Shown here in pieces: positions 12,396 through 23,983 of a DNA stretch of 64,000 bases. How positions within the stretch are numbered: the stretch's first letter is position 1; every line of letters starts with the position of its first letter. Origin of the DNA: Gonapodya sp. JEL0774 (taxonomy: Eukaryota); assembly GCA_027604505.1 (NCBI GenBank), contig JADIIX010000029.1:62001-126000 (forward strand), read 5' to 3'. Under the pieces are notes generated by a model. It had not been told where the DNA came from. It did no database searches and was given only the letters and a program-made list of their open reading frames with translations. The position numbers were made by a program, and so were the translations under genes.

Positions 12396-15321
12396 TTATT
12401 GTTCATCGCTCCAATAGCTGAATCGTTTGTTTTCCGGTTCAGTATCATTTCGAGCAACAGCAGAGGACCCTGACACTTTTATTGTAGTGCGCCTTCGTGG
12501 TGTCGAATCGATCTCCTCGTGGTCAGTGCCCGAACTCATTCTGTCGGGGGTGGAAGAATGTCGTGCGAAAGCCAATTCGCTCGGAAACTCTCCGTCAACC
12601 TCTTCTACAACAATCGGCACTTTGTCCGATGATTGATCGTCACCATCATAAACTGACCCAGCCATCAATTGTTCCGTAGCCCTGATTGCGAAATCTTCCT
12701 CCACAGACCCCGTGGATATAATTGATACGTCCATTGAAGGGTCAAAGTCATCGGTATCAGTGGTGGCAAATGTGGCGATTGAACCATGAGATTTTGAGAC
12801 AGGGACGTCGGAAATAGGAACGCCGGCGAATCGCTTGGAAGCTACCGTTGAGTGTCTTGCAGTGGTTGCTGACTTCGATTCCGTGAATCTGCGCTCATGC
12901 TTTTCCCACTCGCCTGCCAACAGAGCTGCACCGACTCCACATGCCACTTCCCAGGCTGCTCCAGCACCGGGCAGCCAGCCCGTGGCTATTCGCCCAACAA
13001 TGCAGCAGGCACCAAATCCAAGGTAGTCCCAAAACCTATGTCGGACATAGCGCTCACGCTCACGACGGCGAAGTCGCTTGGCACGAAGGTGTGGTGCAAG
13101 ATGATGTAGTGAGGTAGGTATGCAAAGGCAGAAGAGATGCAACATTGTCCCAACATCTAAACAAGAGGTTTAAATAGGTATAAGTGCGCTGTTAGAACCC
13201 TTGTGCACGGTTACTAGTAGAAGAATCTATACATGGCTCTCATACTCACATGGCACCACAGCACATAGCCAAACTGTACATCCCATAACAAGAGTTCCAT
13301 TGAACTTTTCTCCACTCACTGTCTCGTACGCGTAGCCTGTCGCGTAAGGATGAAAATGAAGTCCAACTGGATCATATATTGCCATGAAGAGAGTCCACAG
13401 AAAAGAATGAAAGAGCGGTGGATGTGAGTGTGAGTTTGGCGGAGGTGGAAAAACGAGTCGATAGAGAGCTACGACGATAGAGACAGCTATGTGGAAAGTT
13501 CCAAGAAGGGCACGCATCCAGAGGGCTTTTTCTTGTGCGGGCTTGTTGTTCAGCTCAACCTCATACTCGGAACCTGACCCAGCCTTTATCGGTCGTCCTT
13601 GATCATCCCGTCCCTCTCCTTCCGCGCTATTGTCTTCATCATCACCAGCATAAGTCTCGAGAGCCCTCCGCAGCAATCGTCGCTCCCAGGGGGTATTCCC
13701 ACTGTAAAGAGGCGATTCCGGATTCGTCAATTTACCAGTGTGAGCACCGTCCGCTGGTTGATGATTACCAGGAGATAGGTATGGATGATAACGCGCTGCA
13801 TGCGAGTTTCGACGACTTTGTGCGGGAGGAGAGCAGGTGACCGATGAGGAGTTCGCTTCATACTTTTGGGGAGTAAGCGGCGAAGGTGCGCGCCGGTGAA
13901 GCAGTGGGTGAAGCAACGAGGGTAAATGGAGGACCGGGGTTTTGGTAGCTTGTGTTGATCCCAGTGGGATATGTGGCTTCAGGCCTGATGAACTTATCGG
14001 AGTGCGCGCATCTCCACTGCCTAACGAAAACTCATTCCTTGCCGGTTGTGCAGTATGGCTAGTACCAAGAAACGAAGCCCCTTCACGGAAAAAAAAAATA
14101 GAAGGCACAAATTGTTGGCTCGGTAGATCACGAAACGAATCATGAACCGCCCCCATCCAGGAATGTGATTGTGTACCGAAATTAAACCAGCCACCACATA
14201 CCAGATGTCTTGATGGTCGTGGTTGAAATAAAATTGTCCCGGGAGAACCACCGCCTTACGCTCCTCCTCTCCGCTCGTCTCCGCACAACACCTCCGGACT
14301 CGCTGAGAACGAAATCGAAGAGCTTTCGCCTCACAGGCTCCGATGCAAAGCGTGTCGCTATACGAGTGACAAGTGACACTTCCCAAGAAAGAAGATAGAG
14401 CAAGGTGAGGAAGGAAATTCGCGGTCTCGGAACGAAGTGGCAAAGGATCCAGTCCCAGATGAAATTGTCCTTCAGAACGACATCGAACATGTCATTAAGA
14501 TTATCAATTTCGCTTGAAGCGTCGGCAGCATAACTTACTGTCAGGATATCGACCAGATCATACAGAAGTTGAAATTGCTTTTATGGGATACCCAGGACAA
14601 CATGAATGCCCAACAGAGAAACCAAAACCGCGGTCAATGCAAAACGCTTCACAGCACCTAAAAACACTTCGCTCACCCATCTTGCGGTCCATACAATAAT
14701 AGGAATGGCCACGACAGCCACGGTGCAAGTACTCAAAATGAGAGCTACCGAGGCCCGAAAGCGCACAACCTCAGCGAGTTGCTGCGATCTTGTTATACAG
14801 TAGTGTACTGCAATTAATGGGTACAGGAATCCAGGCAGCCTGATTCGATTCACGGGTTGTACCGTTGTCTCGTTCATGTCCCTCCAATCCTTCTCATGAG
14901 GTTTCGGCTTCGGTGATCCCGCAGAATTTTCAGCATCTGAATCTTCTGTTGTTTTCAAGGGTTCGTTGTTAATAGCAAATTGGTGGCCGGTTGCCGTGGT
15001 ATCCATCAAGTGCTTTGCGAGAGGCAGAGCTTCATCGAAGTTCTTTCCCGAGCTCCCAGCGTCAAGATCAGCGATGCAGGTCGGTTCTCCTTGCTCTACA
15101 TCTGTGGTATCAGAGCTGCAAGATGTTGCGGCTCCAGCAGGTTCCCCGAGCATCCACAGAGATGTTTGGAAAACTCTAGCTGGCACTGCAGTAACATGCT
15201 TTATTGGGCAAAACAACAATCCCGAAGGTTCTTTATACTCCACAAACAGTACAAAAGTAGCAGGAAAAGGGGTCATAGGAAAGAAGTCTATCCAATACAG
15301 GAAGTTTCGTGCAAACTCCAT
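12396..15321 (-). CDS. EI24/Rrt8(Lds)-like multi-pass membrane protein with a large hydrophilic insertion; start uncertain (15321 or ~14878)
   Basis: N-part GFLYPLIAVHYCIT followed by hydrophobic helices; middle part ...RRKLFDFVLSESG; C-part HLRAKRLRRRERERYVRHRFWDYLGFG...WLPGAG...GVGAALLAGEWE. Together these match the EI24/Rrt8 pattern. Joining the ORFs at 14581-15321, 14182-14490, 13227-14156 and 12396-13145 into one gene is inferred. Confidence 0.6.
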
Positions 15322-15404
15322 GGGCAGCTTTCGTCCCGGCGCGAGGATACTCGAAAACTGCGAAGTGCCGATTGCGGCGCTTCTCCAATTTTAGAGCCAG
15401 TAGA

Positions 15405-17613
15405 TCAGCGAGATCGAATGGAAGAAATCTCCGACCTGTGAGATGATGTCGCTGCAGGCGTATGGACCATTGAGTGGGATCAGAGGCAACAACGAAAAAT
15501 CACGAGCACCCGACAATCATTACTTACACCAACAACCCCCATCTCCCAACGCGGTCACAATCCAGCTCTCCACTCGCTTTCTCGCCAGATCCGTCAAATC
15601 TGTTCTCGCATCCTTTATCAAATAACAACAGTGGTACTCCCCTCCCGCGGACGCTGATTCCATCTGGATGGACGCGGGAGGTTGAATAAACGCCCACTCA
15701 GTCGCGACGGTTTCGATAGACAGGTCCATCTTCTTGACTTGAGATACCGGGTCGATGAGAAAAGTCTTGAAATCTGCCGGGGTGAGTGTATTAAACTTGC
15801 GGTGATACTTGTTCAGAGCGGATTGAAACAGAGGGCGTGAATTGAAGAACATGGTCTGGTATGAGCAGAAATGAGAAGCGAACGTTGAGCAACTGGTCCA
15901 GGTTGGAGTTCAGAATCTGGCCGCGATCGACTCACAAACATGAACTGGCTCGCCCCTTTGAGCTTCTTGTAGCTGCTCTCGCGGGGGCCGTAAACAATCA
16001 TGAAATCCATGTCGGTGTACTTCACCTGTGACGTCCCAAGGAGCGACCCAAAAGAGGATATAGAGTACTAAGTGTGACGGCCACTTCGACTGCAGGAAAA
16101 ACACCACGACACGCACATGCTTGTAGCCCCAGCTCCTCTGAGCCGCCCACTCCGGCTTGCCAAGTACTCCCATAACTTGTTCCGTTCCTTGCCTGGCAGC
16201 ATTCATCCAGACGAGAGGGAACACGTACTCCTTCCCTGCGACGGTAACAACGATCCTACGGTTTGTGAAACCGAAGACCCATCAGAAACAGATGTGTAAA
16301 TTTGACAAACAATACACCGAGCAACGGTTCGATAAACCAGTAATGCAAGCGTACACTTACGGTTCGGTATTCTTTGGCCCCGCTGACTCGGTTATGATGC
16401 CGGCAGCAATTTGACTTGGACGAACCACTCCTTGGGAACCACTATTCACCGAAGGCGTTGCTGTCCCAATGGGAGTGGAGGCGGTGCTGTAGAGAGTACC
16501 ACTACCACCATAGTTGCTCTGACTTCCATTGGATAAATGACCGGACTGCGTCATTGTGGTGACAGAGTGCGGTGGGCTAGGTGGCGCACCGGCCTGGTAG
16601 GTTCGTTTTTCGGCGGCCGGTGCGATGGAGAGCTGAGGCAAGCCATTTGGACCCCGAGGGGCTTGGCGCATTTGCATGCCTTGCGCAGATTGAGAGGAGA
16701 CGCTGGAGGAGGAAGAAGACTGGTACATGGGGCTCCCTAGCGGGGACTGGGGTGATAAGGGGGCCTGTGGTGGCGGCGAGTTTGAATATGGAACGGATTG
16801 CAGAGATTGCACAGGTGATTGGCGGACAGGTTGCGGGGCATTGCGGTATCGCTCAATAAATTCTGGGGTAATCAGGAGGTGGCGGGTGCGTTCCGTGACC
16901 TTAATTTACGTATGGATTGTGAAAACAAGTCAGGATAAAGGAACAAGAGACTCTGAACTCCTCGACAGATACGCTATGCTGTTAAAACTTCGAGACCAGA
17001 TTCACGTAATCCTATGAAGTCGTCAAGCAATGCTCTGGTCTGTGTTCAATTTCTGGTTCAAATGGGTTCCACTGAAAACACTCCAGAAACAGAATGGACG
17101 GAATGAATGGCCGTCGGTCGCGCATTCTGAGGATCAAATTTACACGCTGGAGCGTACAGGCTCTCGAAGATCCAAGTGGTTGTCCTGTGTCGATTTCTGG
17201 GACTGTCCGGCCCATTTGATCCCGCGGTGATTACGTACCTCCTCCAGCTCAACGTTGAGTATAAAGCTATCCCCCGTCTCATACATCACCGCCAGATCAT
17301 CATCCTCCTCCAAATGGACTCCTGCTCTGGTATCTGCATCCCGGTACTGCAATCTCAGGACGTACTGCTGGGCCGCGGATTCGATCTGGGGTATCTTTGT
17401 GCATAGGAGACCAACAAAGTCATCATACGTTTGAGGTAGGGTGCCATCTCGGAGAACCACGATTTTGATTCCTGGGAGGTGGACGGATGTGGTGATTGGC
17501 GAGAACTTCTCGCGCAAAGCAAACGAGTACGGGGGGTACGGGGGATATATGCATATCCTCACGCAGAGACACTCACCATCCCAGTACTCCACGCGCAGTT
17601 TTTTGAGACCCAT
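15405..17613 (-). CDS. PB1-like domain + unknown conserved C-terminal domain protein, paralogue A
   Basis: MGLKKLRVEYWD|GIKIVVLR...LRLQYRDADTRAGVHLEEDDDLAVMYE (PB1/OPCA-like); Ser/Pro/Gln linker; GKEYVFPLVW...VMGVLGKPEWAAQRSWGYKH|...|TMFFNSRPLF...TEWAFIQPP...GGEYHCCYLIKD. Last exon and stop are approximate. Confidence 0.85.
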
Positions 17614-18846
17614 GGCACGTCAAGTGTACGATCAATGCGATAATTACGGAGAACAAAGGAAATCTGGAGCGGGGATGTGTTGACCGAATCACGAGACTGC
17701 TTTGCACTTGCTGGGGTGATCGCCGAGTGCAGAGGGAAAGTGCGACCGCAGGTCAGCAGAATCGGGTCTCTCTGGCGTCCGAGGAAAGATGGACGGGAGC
17801 CTGGAGTCAGCAACAACGAGGGTATGGGAAAGGGCGGGTGGTTCGGGTTGGGGGGGGATGGGCAAAAGGGCGGTTCTCAAGCCACGCTTCTCCCTGCGCC
17901 ACATTTCCCCTTCCGCCCCCACCCCACCTCCGACCGCGTGCTCTCGCGTCATATTATCTGACTTCTTCCCTGCCTTGCATTCTTTTTAATTGTCGTTTCC
18001 AACATCAGGCGTGCTTCCGCCTTATCAGCATTCCATCTTCGAGCACTCAACCTGATATAGTAGGTATATATCGAGACCTGGTTTGGACCTGGGGCAGGCA
18101 CCTCCTGTACCACGTTCATAATCAACTCAGAGAATAAGTGGGAGTGTGAGAAGGAGAGCCAGACGTAATATTACAGGTTATCTCCAAGCACCACGCTGAT
18201 CTCTTTGTGCACTCCCAAAAAGGAGAGGACCTCCGGCAATCCGATTTTGCCAAGTTGCCTGAGATTATGACACCGACCCCACATGGCACCTTACGGGATT
18301 CATATGATTGCGAAGCTGCGAGTTTGTGTGCATAAATGCAGTGCAGTTGGTGAGCGAGCCACATGCCATTGCGCGGACTGCAAAAACCTACCTCAAAACA
18401 TCTTCACCCGCAGGTTTCCTTTTGATATGAAAATGATCGTCCATTAGTGGGGTTTAGATAATTGTACATCTACGGCCATCAGCGGCGAATGCGAACTCAC
18501 GTCCGTCCGACTTCAGTTTTATTAGCTCTCAGAAAAAAGCGGTCCGCCATTTCCTGTGGTTTGAAACTGTTTAAGATCTCTTCCAAGTTTGTCAGCAATT
18601 TGAACCGCCACATGGAGCAAATTCGGCAGAAAGTTAGGATTTCGATGTTGTGATTTTGTGAGGTAAGTGATGACATCATTGGCGTGCAGCAGCCGGCTTC
18701 AATACATAGACAAAGCAAGCATCGGCGACGGGAAAAGGTTTGTAATTTACTACCTTCATGGGGATACAAATTTGTTGCCAGTACCGCTCTTAATTGATGG
18801 CGTGGCGGATCCGTCTGGTGCACCCCATCTCGGTCGCTGAATCTCA

Positions 18847-20790
18847 ATGCCATCAGGAACGTCTCTCACGATAGCAACGTTCGTTGCACCCGAACTGACG
18901 CGATCGGGCGAATTTGTGTACGCTCAATTCACGTACGAACTTTGCGAAAACAAATGGAAGATCTGGAGACGTGAATTGAGCGGTGCGGACTCAGCCAACT
19001 CGCTGGCTGAAAAGGAGCTGTTGATGGAACTGGAAGGCGATCAGTATAGATTGTTGCCGGTTCGGTATTCTGGAGTCTGTGGAACTGATGTGGATCGAAA
19101 GTTCTTGCCATATCCACTGCCACAGGTGAAGACTTTCGATGTCCACTTGCATTCACTTGAACATGCTGAGAAAGCCACTTCTCTCTAGATCATAGGTCAC
19201 GAAGTGGTGGCTCTCATACCCGGGAAGAACCCGCCGGAGCACGTGACAATCGAAATCAACTCCTCCCACCTCGCCCGTCAATCCGCCCCTTCAACTTGTC
19301 CGTTTTGCACGCCTCCTCCCATGGACACTCAATGTCCTTCACGTATTACGCTCGGAATTGACAGGCTTCCTGGCGGGTTTGCGCCGTACGTTTTGGCTCC
19401 GATCAACAACATTGTTGCGCTTCCGACCGACGAAAATCAGTTTCCTGTCATGGCGGGTGCTTTGGTGGAGCCGTTTGCAGCGGCATTGCAGGCAGTGGAC
19501 GGGACCGGAGTTAAGCACGGAGCGAGAGTCGCCGTGTTGGGAACGAGAAGGTTGGGATTACTCGTGGTTGCTGCACTGAGAGGTCGGTGTCCGGTGGTCT
19601 TGGCTCCGCTTCTTTGGGGCCTGTTGGAGTAACAACAAACATGCCTACGTTTTTGGTCTCTGTTGTCAGCGTACCGCTCCAGTCATTTTCCCTCATCTCC
19701 GTCAGCTTTCCATATCACTGGACTCTCCCGCCACCTCCATCTCCTCCACCTCTCCGAACAAATGGGTGCAGACGCCTCAGTCTCCGTCGCACACGGCATT
19801 CCCTCTGATCTCTTGGAGTCGTTCGATCTTGTCTTTGACACCACCGCGTCTCCGGATGGATTGCTGGATGCCGCTCGACTGGTGAAGAAGGGAGGGGTGG
19901 TGCACCTCAAAACAACAAACGGGAGGGAAGTCGCCGGTGTCAAGTATCTCACTGCTGCTGTGGTGGATGAGATTGCAGTGGTGCCGTGGATTCCTCCAAC
20001 GTATGGCGGGCCGGCGAAGGCGGGCGAGATGAATGGGGTCCACACCACCGAGCCCGACGTTACCACGAACGCACCATGTTACTCCGATCCTCTCCAATTC
20101 ACTTGGTCACTTGAGCTTGACGCTGTCGCGGGAAATAGTTTCCGCACCAACCCAACCGTCTACTGCTCGCCGACCGTACCTTCCTCTGTGGTGGAACTCA
20201 TCCGAAATACCGGTCGTTCTGTGTTCCAACTTCCGCTGGACGAAGCCTGGAAAATTGTCGATCCGAATCAGGAGGGCGGGAAGAAGTTGATGGACGCTGG
20301 TTCGAAGTATCCCAGGTTTGATATCGCAGTTGTCACTCGTGCCCAGGAAATTGATGAAGTCGTAAGACCCCAAGGGCCCACAAAGGTTTGTTCATCATTG
20401 AGTTGAGCTATTCCAACCCCCTCAAACTCACTGGGCTCTCGGGGGAACGATACCTTCACGGCACAGGAAGTGGCTCTCATCCGCCCGCGCGGCGCCATAC
20501 TTGTTCTTCCTCCTTCATCTGCAAACACGGCAACATCTACTCCGTCACCCATTGTCTCTCTACCGGAGCTCCTCCATTCCCACTTCTTCCACCTCCACAC
20601 ATCTCGATGTGGTTCTTTCCCGCGCGCTGTATCGCTGCTCTCCCAAAATGGCGGTGACGTCGCGAAGCGAGTTCTGCAGATGGTGACGGATGTTGTACCT
20701 CTGCGAAATATCACCACAGCGATGGAGAAAGCAGCAGGGAGGGACGACGGTGTGGTTAAGGTGGTTGTGGAGTGCAGCGTGCACGGGTAG
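18847..20790 (+). CDS. Zinc-dependent medium-chain dehydrogenase/reductase (alcohol dehydrogenase-like, GroES fold)
   Basis: Exons 18847-19125, 19189-19582, 19670-20385 and 20467-20790. Motifs: VRYSGVCGTD, Q|IIGHEVV, CPFC...C, GGFAPYV, AGALVEPFAAALQA, VAVLGTRRLG, FDLVFDTTASPDG, terminal GVVKVVV. Confidence 0.9.
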
Positions 20791-21171
20791 TGGGGTGGTG
20801 GGGAATAGCGCGTAGGGCAAGCGAATCTGCTATTCATTATTCATTCCATGTTAATAGTACAGTAATCGATTTGTTGAATCCGAAAGTTCAAGCAGTGCCA
20901 GCAACAAACAATCATCAACCTTCACTCGCTGAAAGCGAGATAGGAGGGTAGAGGACAGTGCCAGGAAAGTGCGTCGTGTAGAGAGCACTTAAGATACTTA
21001 CTCTACGAAGCTTTCAGATGGTCGGAGTTTACGGTCATTTACTATGTGCCACGGTTCCTGGTGACCAAAGCTTTACCCCCACTGATTCATCCACTTGCCC
21101 TGTCAAGACACAAACGCATTCCATTGAAACTTTCCATTCCACTTCCCTTTCACCGTTTTCATTCTTCTACA

Positions 21172-22057
21172 ATGCCTATGTCTCCCATCCGCACCGCTGG
21201 GGCCGACGCTGCCCATGCCAAGTCAGCCGGAGTCGTTTCTCCGCTGCGACCAGCAAGCGCCGGCGCCGCCGCCAAATCTCCGCTCGCGAAGAGCGCAATG
21301 ACTGCGCACCCGACGATACCAGTTGCAAACAAGTCAGCTGCTATGCCAAATGTGAAAGGTGAGGCCGCTGGCTCGACAAAATCATGTTGGCGTTGGTGCA
21401 ACATTGTCATGACGTCCCAGCCCGCCTGCTCAGTCAATCTCACTTTTTTTTTCCACCTCCTACCTTTTCATTTGTACAATTCCGACAGTTCACTCTGTCT
21501 ATCCGCCGCCTCCCAATCTGGCAGCGGTTATCGCCTCGAAAGTCGACAGAATCACGGCTGGGCGTGTCATCGGCGAACTCATCGCACGCCGCGCCCTCCG
21601 GGTCGAAAACTTACCCCGCCTGGACGCCGTTAACGCCGCTAAAAAGCTTCGCGCTGAGCAGTGGGCCGACGCCAACAAGAAACTCGAGCCGGTTCTCAGG
21701 AAAAAGGTCGAGGAGATGCGGGCAGGCGGACCGTCACCCTCCAAGAGAGTCCGCGATGAAGAAAACGACGGCACTGAACACGCTCCTAAGCGTGTTCGCA
21801 AAGACAGTGGCTCTCCCGCTCAGCATGTCAAGCCGGTTTCCGTTTCACCTACAAAAGTCTCGCCGGGCTCACCGATGGCCACATCTCCCGCAACACCGTC
21901 TTCACCTAGCGGCGGTATGTCGGACCCCAACAGCGGTAGCGGTCGTAAATCGTCGCGCAAGGCGAGTGCCAAGGCACAGGATGCCATGAAAGATCAAGTT
22001 ATGGAGGAAGCTGATGAAGATGAGGGAACCAGGTCTCGGAAGAGGTCCCGCAAGTGA
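21172..22057 (+). CDS. Hypothetical protein (two exons; low complexity, basic C-terminus)
   Basis: ATG at 21172; GT-AG intron 21359-21488 keeps the frame (NVK-VHSVYPPPPNL...) through to the stop at 22057. Has basic NLS-like patches (PSKRVR, PKRVRK, RSRKRSRK). No family recognised. Confidence 0.6.
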
Positions 22058-22327
22058 AGTGGACTAAAGCTTGAATTGGCGGAGTTGCAGTAGAGACAAG
22101 AAGCAGTATCACCAGGCTTCTTCGACGTGGCGAATGGGACTGGTGGCCTGGAGACCTTTGCTTTGAGTGTTACATAACTAATAGATTACGGTTACACTCC
22201 AATACGAGTGACAGATAGCTTGGATCATGCATACTATGTACAACAATCATCCGTCAGATTAATATTTGCCACTGCAGTTCCTCCTTTTTCATACATTCGG
22301 TCGTCCCGTGACACAAGTAACGTCCCG

Positions 22328-23671
22328 TCAAAATCTCAAGGCATCTTCTATCTTGTAGTATCCATCTACCTTGGTATCTATCATCGAAAGAAGCTCGACT
22401 TGTTCACATAGCTGCGTGCCCCATTCATAATCTTTCAACAAACGGAGGGATGAATGTCGGACACATTAGACCATCTCTTTGAAGCGCTGAATATCAGCAA
22501 CCGCCCCCCCACTCCAAGTTACGACTCACCTTCCCACCCCTCTCGCATTTCCTTGGGCACCGAACTTTGACCTCCACCTCTTCCACCTCTGCCCCTGTTC
22601 GCGGACCCGCCCTGAAATCGGACCTTGGCCAGCGTTGCATGGGGCGTGTACCCGTCGCGGTCTTCAGCCTGGGGAACAATCCCGTGAGATTGAAAGTGGG
22701 CACGGAGTGCAGCTACAAAACGCCGTGATTGTGCGCGCGTACAATGAGAGACCATGGATCACACCAGTGCGAATGGATCGTGCCTCACCAACAAAATTGG
22801 CGAGCCTGGTTGCTTCAGCGTCGGCATTGGGGCGAGCAAAGAGTACTTTGTTGTTGGAAAACGTCCCTGCGACAAGCCGAACGAGAGTCAAAGGAAAACC
22901 TGTCGCAACAAAGGCGAGCGTACAAACAGCGTACCGGTTCCTCGAAATGTCAGAAAAGGGCCACCAGATGGATAGTGAGATTTGAACAGCTGGAGGGACC
23001 AGACGATCCGTGAGAACTCTAGGGTGACACGGTGACCGACAACGGACTCACCTCCCCACATCCACTCAAACATTCTTTCGCTTGATCCACTGTCTTCAAA
23101 TTGACATCATCTCCTGACTCAGAGCCGACACGAATTGATCTTCGGTCATCCCGATCCCTCTGCAACGCGAATACAAACAAGGTGACGTGCGCTTCCGCAG
23201 GTGGAATGAGGAATCCTTGATAACTCGGAAAGCGCGCTCGAGAATATTCGTAGAAGGAGTTGAAAGACGCTTGAAGGATGACGTCATTGAGGCGAAGGGA
23301 GAGAAAGTGCGTAGGTCGAGGTTGGTCGCGAGCGAACGGTTTCGGACTTGGGGGAGGGATCTGACGTCGGTGGCCACGGTAGTAGAAACAAAGTTAAACA
23401 GTAATTGCGCTTAATGTTCTTACTCTTGTCGGGCGAACGACGTATGGTCGATCTTTTGGTGATCCCACAGAACTCAGCTGGAGAAGCGACTCGCTCTTGA
23501 CCCGCATATCGGTGTAATGGGCGTTTTGATGCTCTTCACGACCGCATCCATTGCATTAGACACCATAAGCTTGCCGTCAAGGTCGCACCTTTCGAACCTC
23601 AACTCACCTGCAGTTTGAGAAGGTACGGCGGTTGTAGCAGCCCCGGCAATGGACACGATTCCGTCCTCCAT
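22328..23671 (-). CDS. AKAP7-like 2H phosphoesterase (AKAP7_NLS / 2',5'-RNA ligase-like domain)
   Basis: The spliced reading gives RPTHFLPFRL...IPPAEAHVTLFVF (first HxT), GTFSNNKVLFARP, GYTPHATLAKV (second HxT) and DYEWGTQLCEQVELLSMIDTKVDGYYKIE...stop at 22328. The 5' exons are less certain. Confidence 0.85.
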
Positions 23672-23983
23672 TCAAAACGATCAGTGCTGTTCAAGACACA
23701 ATCTTTCACTCGAATGCTTGCATTTGGGTTCCCGCTAGTTTTACGGAGAATCTTGCCCGCTGATGATGGCGAGTGCCGCGTGGGCCATCAGATCGGCACC
23801 ATGCATTCTCCCTGCAGCTCCCATAATTTTATTTCAAGTGCTCGTACGCAGTACTGACTAGGTTACATTTATCTCTTTGTACTCTTTCTTTTTCCGTGCG
23901 CGGTATTCATAAGTAGCCAGACTTATGTAGTTTCGAATAAATAACAGTTCCAGTACCACCTCATGCGAAGAAAGTGTAGGCCT

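Noticed and set aside
18122..18364. HQLHC in a minus-strand ORF, resembling the UstYa/DUF3328 HxxHC motif
   Set aside because: Only one motif, with no second HxxHC, no transmembrane anchor and no coherent gene model; probably chance or a decayed fragment.
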